Below are positions 1-11,950 of a DNA stretch of 64,000 nucleotides, in pieces; the first letter of the stretch is position 1, and every line of letters begins with the position of its first letter. A model generated the notes under the pieces. That model worked only from the letters and a program-made list of their open reading frames with translations, did no database searches and had not been told where the DNA came from. Position numbers and translations under genes: made by a program. The stretch is taken from assembly GCF_006345805.1 (NCBI RefSeq), contig NC_042997.1, forward strand, positions 181,350,001 through 181,414,000. The letters run 5' to 3'. The DNA is from Octopus sinensis. Taxonomy: Eukaryota.

Positions 1-212
1 AGACGGATGAAATGTCGATAAGCATTTTGCCCGGTGAGCTAACGATTCTTATTTCTTTATTGCCCACAAGGGGCTAAACATAGACGGGACAAACAAAGAC
101 AGACAAAGGGATTAAGTCGATTATATCGACCACAGTGCGTAACTGGTACTTAATTTATCAACCCCGAAAGGATGAAAGGCAAATGAAATGAATTTGAACT
201 CAGAACGTAACG
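1..212 (-). mobile_element. tRNA-derived SINE family A (Meta-like central domain), partial tandem pair
   Basis: Reverse complement matches the family A consensus seen at 18504, 36206 and 56683 (gttctgagttcaaatt...ctttcatcctttcggggtcgataaattaagtaccag...gcccccttgtgggcaataaagaaata). The Meta-domain resemblance is from memory of MetaSINEs and is unverified. Confidence 0.85.
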
Positions 213-660
213 TTTAGCTCATTTTGGAGTGTAACAGTATTTTCTGGAGTTTGGATAGCCATGGATACTTTGACATCATCGGTGTAACTCACTATTTTGG
301 ATGAGTTCACTTGTAATAGGTTGATGATAAATAATTATAGTCCTAGAACCGTTCCCTGAGGCTTACCACTTGATAAATTCCAGCAACTCAAACTGCCATT
401 CTCTGTGTTTTCATGAGATACCAAGATCCTTTAACTTATGACAGATGATTCCATGAACAATCTTGTCGAAAGCATTAATAAAATCAAGGTATATACAGTC
501 AATATCTTTTCCTCTCAAGAGATTATTAGGAATAGTGTTATGGTGCTGTAATAGTTGTGAAATGCAACTTCATCCGGTCCAAAAACCGTGCTGTATATCA
601 TGTACGAGATTGTTTTCCACAAGGCATGTACTAATTCTATTTCAGACAATGCATTTGTTA
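212..660 (-). pseudogene. Decayed LINE reverse transcriptase fragment (Jockey/CR1-group-like)
   Basis: Manual minus-strand translation across stops and frameshifts gives QHGF.TG*SCISQLL...IDCIYLDFINAFDKIVH, then SG.PQGTVLG, then SYTDDVK, i.e. RT motifs 2-5. Confidence 0.85.
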
Positions 661-797
661 GTGTAAATGTGTGAAATGTGAGAGATGCAGATTTGTAATT
701 CTTAGCTTCAGCGCCCTCCCCCCCCCCCGCTACTTTCCTTTGTGTATAGTTGTTACTGTTGTGTCATTTAATAGCGCTGGGAATTCGCCGATATATA

Positions 798-900
798 TAT
801 AGCGAGTTACGCCGACGATGTCAAAGTATCCATGGCTATCCAAACTCCCAAAAATACTGTCACAGCCCAAAATGAGCTAAACCTCATTCATCAATTGTTA
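798..900 (+). pseudogene. Inverted second copy of the RT YADD segment
   Basis: 798-881 is about 90% identical to the reverse complement of 212-294 and reads IASYADDVKVSMAIQTPKNTVTAQNELN. Confidence 0.85.
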
Positions 901-1061
901 GGTTGTTTGTTTTAGAGGGAATACACACAAATCGCAATAATAGTGGGTTTTTTTCTCTAATTTATATATTACATATTTATATAGTGAAATTTGATTTAAT
1001 ACTAAATTGAATTCTTCCCTGTAAGTTTAGAGTTATACTCCCTAATATTCTTCTTCTTCTT

Positions 1062-1153
<92 letters not shown>

Positions 1154-1288
1154 GTGTGTGTGTGTGTATACAGGGTGAGTCCAAAGTAGCGCCCAGATTC
1201 TGGGAATTCATGCCTTTGTTGTCTTACAGGTTATTAATGACAGTTTAAAAAGTTAGTGATTCTGGATTACGTATTATATATATATATT

Positions 1289-1640
1289 CGATGGCCGTCC
1301 ACTCGTGACCGAGGAAGACTATTGCTGACCTTCAGGAACATTGTGCGCTCTAGGACTAACTTATATTTTGCATTTGCGGTTCTGTTGATGGCTAATGAGC
1401 ACTGCACTTGACAAGCATAAACGACTGCAAACATTGCAAACCAAGCTTTCCCCCATTCACTACACCAGCCGTGCTCTTTCGTGCAGCACGCTAAAGTTCT
1501 TCACGCTAGATACGTGCTCTCGCAAAAGTATCGACCCCCTCCTTAACCTGCTTCCACTATCCGTGGCGATGACAGGCATTGTTCCCCCAGTCAGTTCCCG
1601 GGAAAGCAGGCGTTTCCTATTAGTTCTGTTCTCATAATTG
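1289..1640 (-). pseudogene. RTE-clade LINE 3' fragment
   Basis: Minus translation KRLLSRELTGG...WKQVKEGVDTF...LVCNVCSRLCLSSAVLISHQ, the C-terminal C2H/C motif typical of RTE/BovB-like ORFs, followed by a short 3' UTR. Confidence 0.8.
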
Positions 1641-2269
1641 TTTCGCTAATCCAGTAACAACAATGCAAAGTATGTAGCCCTTAAAACGGTTTTTTTATAC
1701 TTATTGAGAATACTGAACTGTCTTACATAAGATCTTGTTTCTACGAATTCCTAATAAGTTATGAATACCCAAATTGTGAAATCAGCTATGTAGTAACATG
1801 AAATTAATTACCCTATAGTAAGAATTCAAATAAAGTAGCCCCGAAAAGGGCTTTAATACGTTCCCAGAGTTATAGATTTTAGGAGGAAATACTAATAAGG
1901 TATGTATACTAAAATCGTAAAACATGTTACGTAATAACAGGCTAATTAGATATGAGATAATAACTATTCGAAGTAAATAACTCTGAAAAGGGCTTTTGTG
2001 CATTCACAAAGAATATTACCCTCAGAAGCGCTAGTGTTGGTACAGTCGTGAATAAGTCATTAACTGAAATATGTGGATCTATTGTTTAGGAGAATACTAT
2101 TTACTTGTTTAAGCGTTGTAGTGGGTAAATTGAGAAAATAACTAAAATAGTTCAAATACTAAGAAATAAGCATACTGAAAGTGAATGGGTTATTTCCTTC
2201 GAAAGCTTAAAAATAATTACTCCTGCCGTTCACTTGAGCCCAAATATTATTCTTCCCGACGTTTACCCG

Positions 2270-2417
2270 AAATTTTTTTCGAAATCAATTTATACTTAAA
2301 ACCTCCTCAGCAATGTGGGTGTGCACTTGAAACATCGGTCAAGCCGTTTTGGCACAAAACGAGGACATACCGATACACACACACACAGACCAGACATTTT
2401 CGGTTTTAATATGTAAA

Positions 2418-2425
<8 letters not shown>
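2270..2425 (-). mobile_element. Possible Helitron-like 5' end fragment
   Basis: Minus strand reads (TA)n-aaaaccgaaaatgtctggtctgtgtgtg...caaaacggcttgaccgat, resembling non-autonomous Helitron 5' ends. No CTAG 3' end was found. Confidence 0.35.
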
Positions 2426-2472
<47 letters not shown>

Positions 2473-2561
2473 AGAAACTGGGCGCTACTTTGGACTTACC
2501 CTGTATACACACACACACACACACACAGAAATATATGAGTATACATATATACATACGTATA

Positions 2562-2820
2562 TGAGCGTTCAGCTTTTGCCGTGATCAAATGCTTATAGTG
2601 ATCAAATGTATGTACCGTACATTAGCTCACTCTCTCCATCAAATACAGCGTGTACCTGAACAGGTGCACGCTATACCACACGCCAGGCGTGGAAGTGATC
2701 GCAAAGCAACGTGTGATGAAGTGTTTTGCTCAAGAACACAATGCACCACCCGGTCTAGGAATTGAAACCACGATCTCACGATTGTGTGCGCAACACCCTA
2801 ACCACTAGGCAATGCGTCTT
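2562..2820 (-). mobile_element. tRNA-derived SINE family D (CORE-like domain)
   Basis: Minus strand has an A box (tggttagggtg), a B box (ggtttcaattcc), then tgtgttcttgagcaaaacacttc, a head and core shared with family E. Confidence 0.75.
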
Positions 2821-2832
2821 CATACACACATA

Positions 2833-2866
<34 letters not shown>

Positions 2867-3084
2867 CATGTATTATGTATGTATGTGTTTGTGTGCGTGT
2901 GTGTGCGCGCGCGTCTGTGTGTGTCCCCTTTTATCTTTTATGTCTCCCTATTTTAGCTAGTTATCCATAATGAAGACCTAATTCCATTGCCGCATGTGGT
3001 TTCCTTTCCCACATAATTAATAGGCGATCTATTATTCCTGACCCTGGTATTTCACATTTGATTACATTTCTTTATTCTTACTGT

Positions 3085-3110
3085 TGTTATTATTATTATT
3101 ATTATTATTA

Positions 3111-3168
<58 letters not shown>
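3085..3168. repeat. (TAT)n(TAG)n compound microsatellite
   Basis: Seen directly. Confidence 0.95.
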
Positions 3169-3169
<1 letters not shown>

Positions 3170-3515
3170 AGTCCTTTCAAAATATTATTTTTGTTGTTGT
3201 TGTTGTGATTATTTTCTATGATCCCCGCCCCTAACCTAATTTCCTGGGTCCGTCCTGTTCCTGTTTTCTCTTACATATATACTGGAACTAAGCCGATTGC
3301 ATTCACCAATCTCAGAATATTATTGATACTGACGTTGGTGAGATGAAAATCGAAACAAATCTATCACAGTGTTATTTCAACTAGGAGTGTTAGTGGAAGC
3401 CGAAACTAAAAACTATGATACGTTGAATAAACCTCACAGTTCTAGTTGCTTTTACTCTTGCAGCTGTTTGACCCTAGGTTATCTCGAGTGGAACTTAACT
3501 GACTTGTAGCTGTCA

Positions 3516-3920
3516 TCTTTTACTTCTTTCGGTCATTGGACTGCGGCACCGCTGGAGAAACGCCTTGAAGGCTTTAGTCAAATCGATCCCGGGACTCATT
3601 CTATCGGCCTCTTTTTACCGAACCGCCAACTTAGGATGCCATACACAAACCAACAACGCCGGTTTACCAGCAGTGGTAGTGGACAAACACGTGACATGTG
3701 TGTGTGTGTGTGTGTGTGTATGTGTGTGTGTGTGTTTACTGATAGCTAGCTACTTAGACAGACAGAAAGACAGACAGATGAGCTTCAACACAGATTCTGT
3801 CTACGAAATTCAGTCACAAGGCATTGGTCGATTCGAGGGCATAGTAGAAGACACCCAAGGTGCCGCGCAATGGTACTGAACCCCAAACCGCATAGTCAAG
3901 AAACTAGCTTTTAACCACGG
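3516..3920 (-). mobile_element. SINE family B, degenerate, with internal microsatellite
   Basis: Reverse-complement similarity to the 14643-15078 copy, with an internal (TG)n/(GACA)n tract. Confidence 0.75.
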
Positions 3921-4514
3921 TTAAGGTATCATTTTAGCTGTGTCCATCTCATCTCTTCAGATACATTTCCATACCATCCTTCATTCAATTAAAGACGATA
4001 AAATGTGAATCGAGGGTGAGTTGGCTGTCACTTCTAGAGGTAGGACGACAGCAAATAGGCTCCCTAACTACCTTGTTGCTGAGTTTTACTGGCACAGTTG
4101 TTTTGGTGGAGCCCTTCCAGAATGTCTTGATCCCTAAAATAAATTTCTTAGTGAAGGAGTCTAAAACTTATGGGCGTTTATTCATCTCATATTAACCTTT
4201 ATGTTGTCGTTTAAATCTCAAACTATATGGTCGCCATTTTAAAGTAAATACTTTGCTGAGAGAGAAAGAGAGAGAGAGAGAGAGAGATGGCAGAGAGAGG
4301 GAGAGAGATAGTAGAGAGAGGGAGAGAGAAAGACGCCTAGCTTTAGAGACTGAGTCATTTCTACAGTCCATTTGTTGACTTTTTCGAGTAATTGTTATTG
4401 CTTTTTTTGTTATTGGTGGTAAGATGTTTAGCCCTAGGTGGTCCAGGATAAGCGGACTTATAGTCAAATGCGTTCCAGCCATGACTATTCACTTTATTTC
4501 TAGCCATTATGTAC

Positions 4515-4747
4515 CTATTTCTTTATTACTCACAAGGGGCTAAACACAGAGGGGACAAACAAGGACAGACATAGGTATTAAGTCGATTACATCGACCCCA
4601 GTGCGTAACTAGTACTTAATTAATCGACCCCGAAAGGATGAAAGGAAAAGTCGACCTCGGCGGAATTTGAACTCAGAACGTAACGGCAGAGGAAATACGG
4701 CTACGCAATTCGTCCGACGTGCTAACGTTTCTGCCAGCTCGTCGCCT
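4515..4747 (-). mobile_element. SINE family A, full length
   Basis: Complete head (ggcgacgagctggcagaaacgttagc), B box gttcaaattcc, core and tail. Confidence 0.92.
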
Positions 4748-6508
4748 TTATGAATACCCAAATTCAGACTAGACTAGACGGTTTTTACTTGAAGATGATT
4801 ACATGTGGTTCGAAGAAGCTCGAACCGCTTTTTCAAGCAGGTCGGGCAAAAAAGTAACAAAACCACTTTTCCTCTGACAGGTTGAGTATATTATAAGATA
4901 TGAAACCTTAAATAATTGACGCAGTGACGCCTCATTATTCATAAAGAAATGCCAATAAAAGGGTTACACGATATAAAATTACTATGACTGATTTCATTTA
5001 AGCCTGCCATAAACTGAATTTGATGTGTTCATGAAGATCAAGCAATTAACGAATGTCCAAGAGATTTTATAGACCAGAACTTAAAACTGCACTCATTCAA
5101 CCATGTGGTTTAACCGCACAGATTAATTTAATTAAGCTCCTGGCAGCTGATTTGATGTCTGACTTTTATAAAAATCAGAAACAGATTCGCCGTAGACAAC
5201 GCTTTCAAGTATCAGCAACAGCCAAGACATCTCGTCTGAAACAAATCATCATCATTAACAATGTTATCGTTGTCGTCGTCGTCATATCATCATCATCATC
5301 ATCATCATGCTACCACCCAAAGTTTTAAACACTGTTATTCCTATTATTGTTAAACATTTTTTTCTTTCTTTTTTCATGAGGGGAGCGTTTAAATACCATG
5401 TTCTAACTTCCAATTTTTTTTTCTCCATTCGCTCTCGACATTCCCCAGTCAGAGGCATTTAATTGTGGGGCTCAAGTCATTTGATGGTGGGAGGTAGAGA
5501 TCTTTTTTTCTTTTTCCAAAGATTGTTCAACAATGATACATTATTCTATAGTTCTCTTCTATATCATGGAAAACTTCGTTCTGTACAATTACAATTCTCT
5601 CTGTACTCTTTTCCGCATCAACAATATTATTTTTTTAAATCCTGATATGTTATACCTTATAGTAGCTGGCTTCAAAAAATGTGTGTGTGAACAAGCGTTT
5701 AAACTATTATTGAGGTTTATTTTATTTATTTTTTATTTTTATTGTTTTATTTTTTTTCATTTTATAGAAACTTGTCAGCTTGGTAGTGACACATTATTCA
5801 ATCCGGTTACTGTGATTTCTCACTAAAAGCATATTATTTATTTTGAAATAGTGAGGAAGTTGTTGATTAGATACCTATAGGCTGAAATGTATGTCTAAAA
5901 ACATTGTCAACTCACTTAAAATAACTTAAGAGTAAGCGTGAACACTTCACCTCACAGACGTATATAGTCTTTCTTTCCGTATAGATTAGTCCCAAGAACA
6001 AAGCTAATTCTCATAAAATTCTCCAACTGTGCTAGACGGAAAGGAGAATTCCTGGAGATGGCATGCTGATAATATTTATTTTTCAGAGGACACCACACAC
6101 TGCTTCACCAAAACTATTCCATTGAGTTTTAAATTCATAAAGGTTAATCGCTGAACAGAATACAAGATAAAACATGGGAAATAAAGTAGTTCCTAAGAGA
6201 AACAGTTCTATGCACTAAAAAATGGGTAAAAGAAATCAGTGTTGATGCTATGAATTGAGGAGATAAAATATTTAGAGACAGAGGCAGTTCCTAAAAATCT
6301 AAATCTAGTGAATTTATGGCAAGATATATCAACCAAATTACAGTAATTTCTTAACTGCTTGCTTTTGTCCAGTAAGCTGTACTTTTAAAAAAAGAATTAT
6401 TGGGCTCAATATTTACGTCTATATATGTGAGGCTGATTTCACAACATGGCCACAATCTACAGCTTAACTTAAGCATATATGCGTATGTAAATATATATAT
6501 ATATACAC

Positions 6509-7741
6509 ACACTTTTTTTTATCCAAGGGGAGGCAATGCGAGCAACAACCACAGTAACATCACAAAATTCAAAGATAGACCAAACACATACAAATCTTAT
6601 ATACTAATTTATATCTAAACAGTCCGACATTTAAAGAAAATTTTAATTCAGTAATATATAAGTATCATATACAAATAAAAATATAAATATAAATATAAAT
6701 TTTGCATATAACACGCTTAAAACTGTTAGAATAAGAGAAATAAATATAGTGATAATAAAAATATGGCGTATCAAAAGACGAATAAAATTCCGGTGAATAG
6801 TACATAGAATATAATACATATACAAGCTTACAAAAATATAAGATATACAGAAGTCCATCCACGGACCGTTTCGGGGATGTGCCAATTAATATTAGACATA
6901 TCAGTACTTAAAATAGTACTTAAAATTGGCACTCCCCTCATCAGGATGTCCTATACAACACATATAAAACATGAACAAATACACAATCACATACTGGCCA
7001 TTCTCAGAACACGGCATTTACGTACTCCCAGAAAATTTTTTCGTAGATCCTGAATGGAACTTTATACGCATACAACTCGATCCAGCAGCCATAGTAAATT
7101 GTATGCTCACAGCGCCATCTGGACCATTTCACTTCAGCAACTTAATTTATTTTATTTTATTTTATTTCAATTTTATAAATTCTCCCATACATGCAAAGCC
7201 ACATATTCAGGTTCGAGTCCTCGACTAACAGCTATCTTTTTAATAATTACATTACTTTAGTTTTATCTCGTTTACCACCCACTATACTAACTAAACTTAA
7301 TTCGATTGTTATTGCTTAGCTCTAACTTTTATTGCTATTTCTATTTCTAAATTTCCTATGGAACGTCGAGCAGATCTTATGCGTACACGCCGGTATTGCA
7401 TCTGTGAATTTATTTAACACGCGTTGTTGTAATTTTTCAATATGGTATATGCGTGCCTCCCGGGGAGGCATGTGCAAGGATAGCCCATGATGTTTTAAAT
7501 TCAACATTCCTTTCCTTAAGGTCATTAACATGTAATGCCAATGTTGTAGAGGTCCTATATTTAGGATTGTTGAAAGAGCTCAGGTGGGATCGATACCTCT
7601 GCTTAAAGTCTACTGTACTTCCAATATATGTTTAGATATAAATTAGTATATAAGATTTGTATGTGTTTGGTCTATCTTTGAATTTTGTGATGTTCCTGTG
7701 GTTGTTGCTCGCATTGCCTCCCTTTGGATTAAAAAAAGTGT
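6509..7741 (-). mobile_element. 5'-truncated Penelope-like element with inverted pseudo-LTR
   Basis: Minus 7628-7440 reads YIGSTVDFKQRYRSHLSSFNNPKYRTSTTLALHVNDLKERNVEFKTSWAIL, the C-terminal part of a GIY-YIG endonuclease. 6509-6621 and 7629-7741 are about 96% inverted repeats. A hammerhead motif lies on the sense strand. Confidence 0.85.
6860..6948 (-). ncRNA. Type I hammerhead ribozyme motif (stem I degenerate)
   Basis: Minus: acauc-CUGAUGA-ggggagugccaauu...aauuggcacaucccc-GAAA-CG-GUC-cgug. Core and a long stem II are intact; stem I pairs poorly. Confidence 0.7.
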
Positions 7742-7812
7742 ATACAGCTCATTGGAGCACTTCTATTTCCAGTCCGTTGTATATCTTGAGCGTTGTTGTC
7801 ACTCAAGATATA

Positions 7813-7848
<36 letters not shown>

Positions 7849-7864
7849 TACATATATATACACA

Positions 7865-8736
7865 CTAGGTCTGATCACTAAGTATCAGGACTGTTGCCAT
7901 AGTAACGAGTCTAAAGTATGTAGAGTAAAGCTGCTTTGTACAGATTAACCTTGGACTCTGCTGTGCATGCGCACTAAGTTTTAGGAATCTAGCTTACTTC
8001 CATTGTCTACAGCAGAGTTTGGAAGGCACGAGTGTAGAGTGTGATCGTCTTATTGACCATGGCAGAGAAAGCTGTCATGGCGATACCTGCTCCAAGGCCT
8101 ATGCAAAGTTGCAGAAAGTGTATGGAGAAGAGTGTATGAGCCGAGACGTTTCCAAGATGGCCGAAAAAATGTCAATATTAACGAACGTTCTGGGAGGCCC
8201 GCAACCAGTAGAACTGAGAAAAACATCGCAGATGTGCGTGCAGCTTTGAGGGGAAATCGTCGAATCACCATTCGTGTGTTATCAGAGGATGTGCAGATTA
8301 GTTACGGTTCAGTCCATTCCATTATCACTGAAAATTTGGGTATGAGACGCACGTGTGCCAAGTTTGAGCCAAAACTGCTCTCAGCTGACCGAAAAACACT
8401 CGGGTTTCAGTTGCACAAGATCTCCTTGATTGTCTCGAGAACGATGAAAATTGTAAGAAAACTTTGCGTAGGCCACTGAGCAGGTATCGCTAAGCTTTTG
8501 GCAAAATCTGATGCAGATTCTCTGCTTAATGTTCTCTGTCATAATCAATGAGACGATCACACGCTACAAACCTTACTGCCAACTACTGCAGTAAACAGCG
8601 GAATTGAGCTAGAATGTTAAAGATTAGTGCGCATGCACAGTAGAGTTCAAAGTCAATTTGTGTCAAACGGATTTACTCTGAGTGCTTTAACTTCGTTACT
8701 ATGATAATAGTCCGATTACTTATTGATCAGACCACG
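7865..8736. mobile_element. mariner composite made of two 5' halves joined in opposite orientation
   Basis: The + half encodes the transposase HTH region (ERSGRP...RRITIR...CAKFEPKLL, 8132-8400). 8459-8736 is the inverted 5' end of a diverged copy (MTENIKQRICIRFCQKLSDTCS) ending ...gatcagaccacg|TA. Confidence 0.85.
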
Positions 8737-8826
8737 TATGTATGTAAATATGCATGCATATACATACATATGACGTATATGTGTACACACACACACACAC
8801 ATACACACACACACACACACACACAT

Positions 8827-8907
<81 letters not shown>

Positions 8908-8914
8908 ATATATA

Positions 8915-9035
8915 TATTGGCCTGCTCGCTTAGCCAGCGGGGTGGCGTCGTTCGAAGGCTAAAACAATGCGAACGCATTGTGACCAGCGATGTGTAGCAA
9001 CATCTGATGGTCTGCTCGGTCATGTGATCACGTGA
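8915..9035. repeat. About 120-bp unique-looking module embedded in (TA)n
   Basis: GC-balanced island flanked on both sides by (TA)n and ending in near-palindromic atgtgatcacgtga. Family unassigned. Confidence 0.45.
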
Positions 9036-9052
9036 TATATATATATATATAT

Positions 9053-9113
<61 letters not shown>

Positions 9114-9678
9114 CAAACAGATATATATAGATAGACAGACAAACAGACAGCTAGCTAGTTAGATATATATAAAACATCTGTTCTCACTCTTTCTTTCACG
9201 GGCTGTTTTATTCATTTAAAAGATGGCTTTATTCTAAAATTTCTGCACTAGAGTGTTTATCAGCTTAGGCGCAGGAGTATCGCTTCATAATATTCACATC
9301 AACATTTTCATGACTGTGAAAACTACCATAAACACCACTATGATCATTACAACCACCACCATCACCAAAAACAATAACCAAGCAAAACTACAGCCAACAA
9401 CCATCAACGTTAGCACCATCGCTCTAACCACGGTTTCAGTAGAGTAGAAACGACACGAAACACTGGAGTATAAGTGTTAGCATTTAATAGTCAAAGGAAA
9501 GGGAGAAATCAAGAAAAGGTTTCGGTGTAAAAAAAAAAAAAACATGGCGCCCATCAAGAGTCAACTAACCGTTGCAGACGATACGTTTTCCAGCTGTCAA
9601 ATTTGTATGGAGTTGGTTTAGTCTGTTATCGTGGAATTTGTGTTAGTGTGAGCGTGTAGGTAGGTACGTACGAGTCTT

Positions 9679-10085
<407 letters not shown>

Positions 10086-10244
10086 TCATGCATACCAAAT
10101 CAGCGACACTCCAGTCCTTTCTTTAGCGCATTGATTTTCAGAACCACTCGAGAACCACAAGAATCTCAGTTATTTCAAGAGCAAGCCGTTAAACCGACGA
10201 AGGCATTTCATATCAGCTGTTTTAAACCACATCAAGCTGATATA

Positions 10245-10390
10245 AACTATGTCATAGTAGGCGCATTAGGTATGATAAAAAAAATTCAGACAAATGCATA
10301 ACAAAAACACCAGGACTGACAAGTATATATAACACCAAAAAAATAACACTAATGGCACCTCACACATCCTACGTAAAACACTTTTGCCCT
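10245..10390 (+). pseudogene. R4/Dong-like LINE 3' ORF fragment (degenerate family 1)
   Basis: VIVGALGMIKK...TKTPGL...HILRKTL, homologous to 12190-12340. Confidence 0.75.
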
Positions 10391-10566
10391 CGTACATATT
10401 TTCGATTTGAATTTCTATAATTTTGAATTTTTTTTATATCACTTTTCATTTTGAACTCGACAAAGACAGGCTAACTGCCGAAATATAGTTCAACCAATAA
10501 AATATCTATTGCAATCGCATCGCGCTCTTCGTATTGTCTAACAACAACAACAACAACAACAATAAC

Positions 10567-10629
<63 letters not shown>

Positions 10630-10631
<2 letters not shown>

Positions 10632-11025
10632 TAAAAACTTGCTCATTGAAATTGAGAAAATTAGCATCTCAAGGCGGTTACAATACCAGTGATCGTAGGA
10701 GCACTAGGAATGATCAAGAAGGGAACTGAAAATTATATGAGAATGATCTCTAGCTTACCACCCCTGCAAGAAGTGCAAAAGATTGTCTTAACTGGAACAT
10801 CACACGTATTGAGAAGAGCATTGTCGATGTGAGAACTATTACTACCCATGTATTTTAATTTAACTTTATTTCTATCAAAAAAGAAAATGAACGAACTACT
10901 GAGTTTAGTTTAATGGCCTACCAATGTATAGTATGAGTTTCTTTGCCCTAGGAGTCGGGAAGACACTCGGCAAGAAATGGAAGCAGATTTGAAAGAAGAA
11001 GAAAAACAATAATAATAATAATAAT
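10630..11025 (+). mobile_element. R4/Dong-like LINE 3' end, family 2
   Basis: YKNLLIEIEK..HLKAVTIPVIVGALGMIKKG...QKIVLTGTSHVLRRALSM*, then a UTR. Bounded by (TAA)n on both sides. Confidence 0.85.
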
Positions 11026-11206
11026 CTGCCCAAGAGCAAGCACTAAGAACAAACTACATAAAATACAGAATAGACAACACAGCAGAAAGTGATAAGTGCA
11101 GAATCTGTGCCTGGTGTACCCTTATCAGACGGGTAGTCATGGGTATACTTGGCTTCGTCTATTTTACCCTAGTGTCACTTTGATGGCATGCACTGCTCTC
11201 TCACTC

Positions 11207-11235
<29 letters not shown>
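11026..11235 (+). mobile_element. Chimeric LINE piece: R4/Dong-like pre-zinc-knuckle segment fused to the family 4 tail
   Basis: AQEQALRTNYIKYRIDNTAESDKCRIC joined at tgtgcc to cctggtgtacccttatcagacggg...ctctctcactcaataataat, which is near-identical to 27750-27860. Confidence 0.75.
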
Positions 11236-11237
<2 letters not shown>

Positions 11238-11890
11238 TTCCGTGCTAACACCAAACGAATATAAAAATCGCCACGATCGGGTAGGACAGTATTTACATTG
11301 GAAAATATGTAAACACCACAAAATCAGCACTCCTGCTTACTGGTACGAACATCATCCTGAGACAGTCGTTGAAAGTATAAATGTCACTATCCTCTGGGAT
11401 TTTCTAGTCAACACTGACAGAAAGATCCAGGCTAATGGACCAGATATGATTATTAAAGACGGGAAAGAAAATACTTGTACACTAATAAATGTACGTGTTC
11501 CAACTGATAAAAACATATGTTAAGGAATTTGACAAAGTAAATATAAGGACATGGAAATTGAAATACAAAAGATGTGGCATCTTCAAACGAGAACTGTTCC
11601 TGTTATTGTAGGTGCCCTGGGTATGATAAAAAAAAAGGGATGTCAGAAACATCTAGATAAGATCCCAGGAGAACCATGTCTCAGATAAATCCAAAAGATT
11701 GTACTGACAAGTACTGCCTACATCCTTAAAAAACCCTATCCATTTAAATGTCTGTGTTGTAATACATGAAGATATTTCACTACTCCCCACCCCGAAGCTC
11801 TCAGTCATACTCTAACATCTCTTATCCTTCACTTGCCCCAAGACACTGGGTGTGTCTCGGCAAGTGACAGAAACAAACACGCAGCTTAAA

Positions 11891-11948
<58 letters not shown>
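11236..11948 (+). mobile_element. R4/Dong-like LINE 3' end, family 3, with restriction-like endonuclease domain
   Basis: ORF 11242-11523 RHDRVGQYLHWKIC...ILWDF..NTDRKIQANGPD continues after a frameshift to HILKKTLSI*. The UTR ends in (TAA)n. Confidence 0.88.

Positions 11949-11950
<2 letters not shown>

Larger units (their letters stand above)
1171..2503. mobile_element. Tc1/mariner-type TIR pair with TA flanks, no transposase visible inside
   Basis: cagggtgagtccaaagtagcgcccagattctgg (1171-1203) and its reverse complement at 2471-2503 differ at 2 positions; TA lies outside both ends. Confidence 0.75.
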
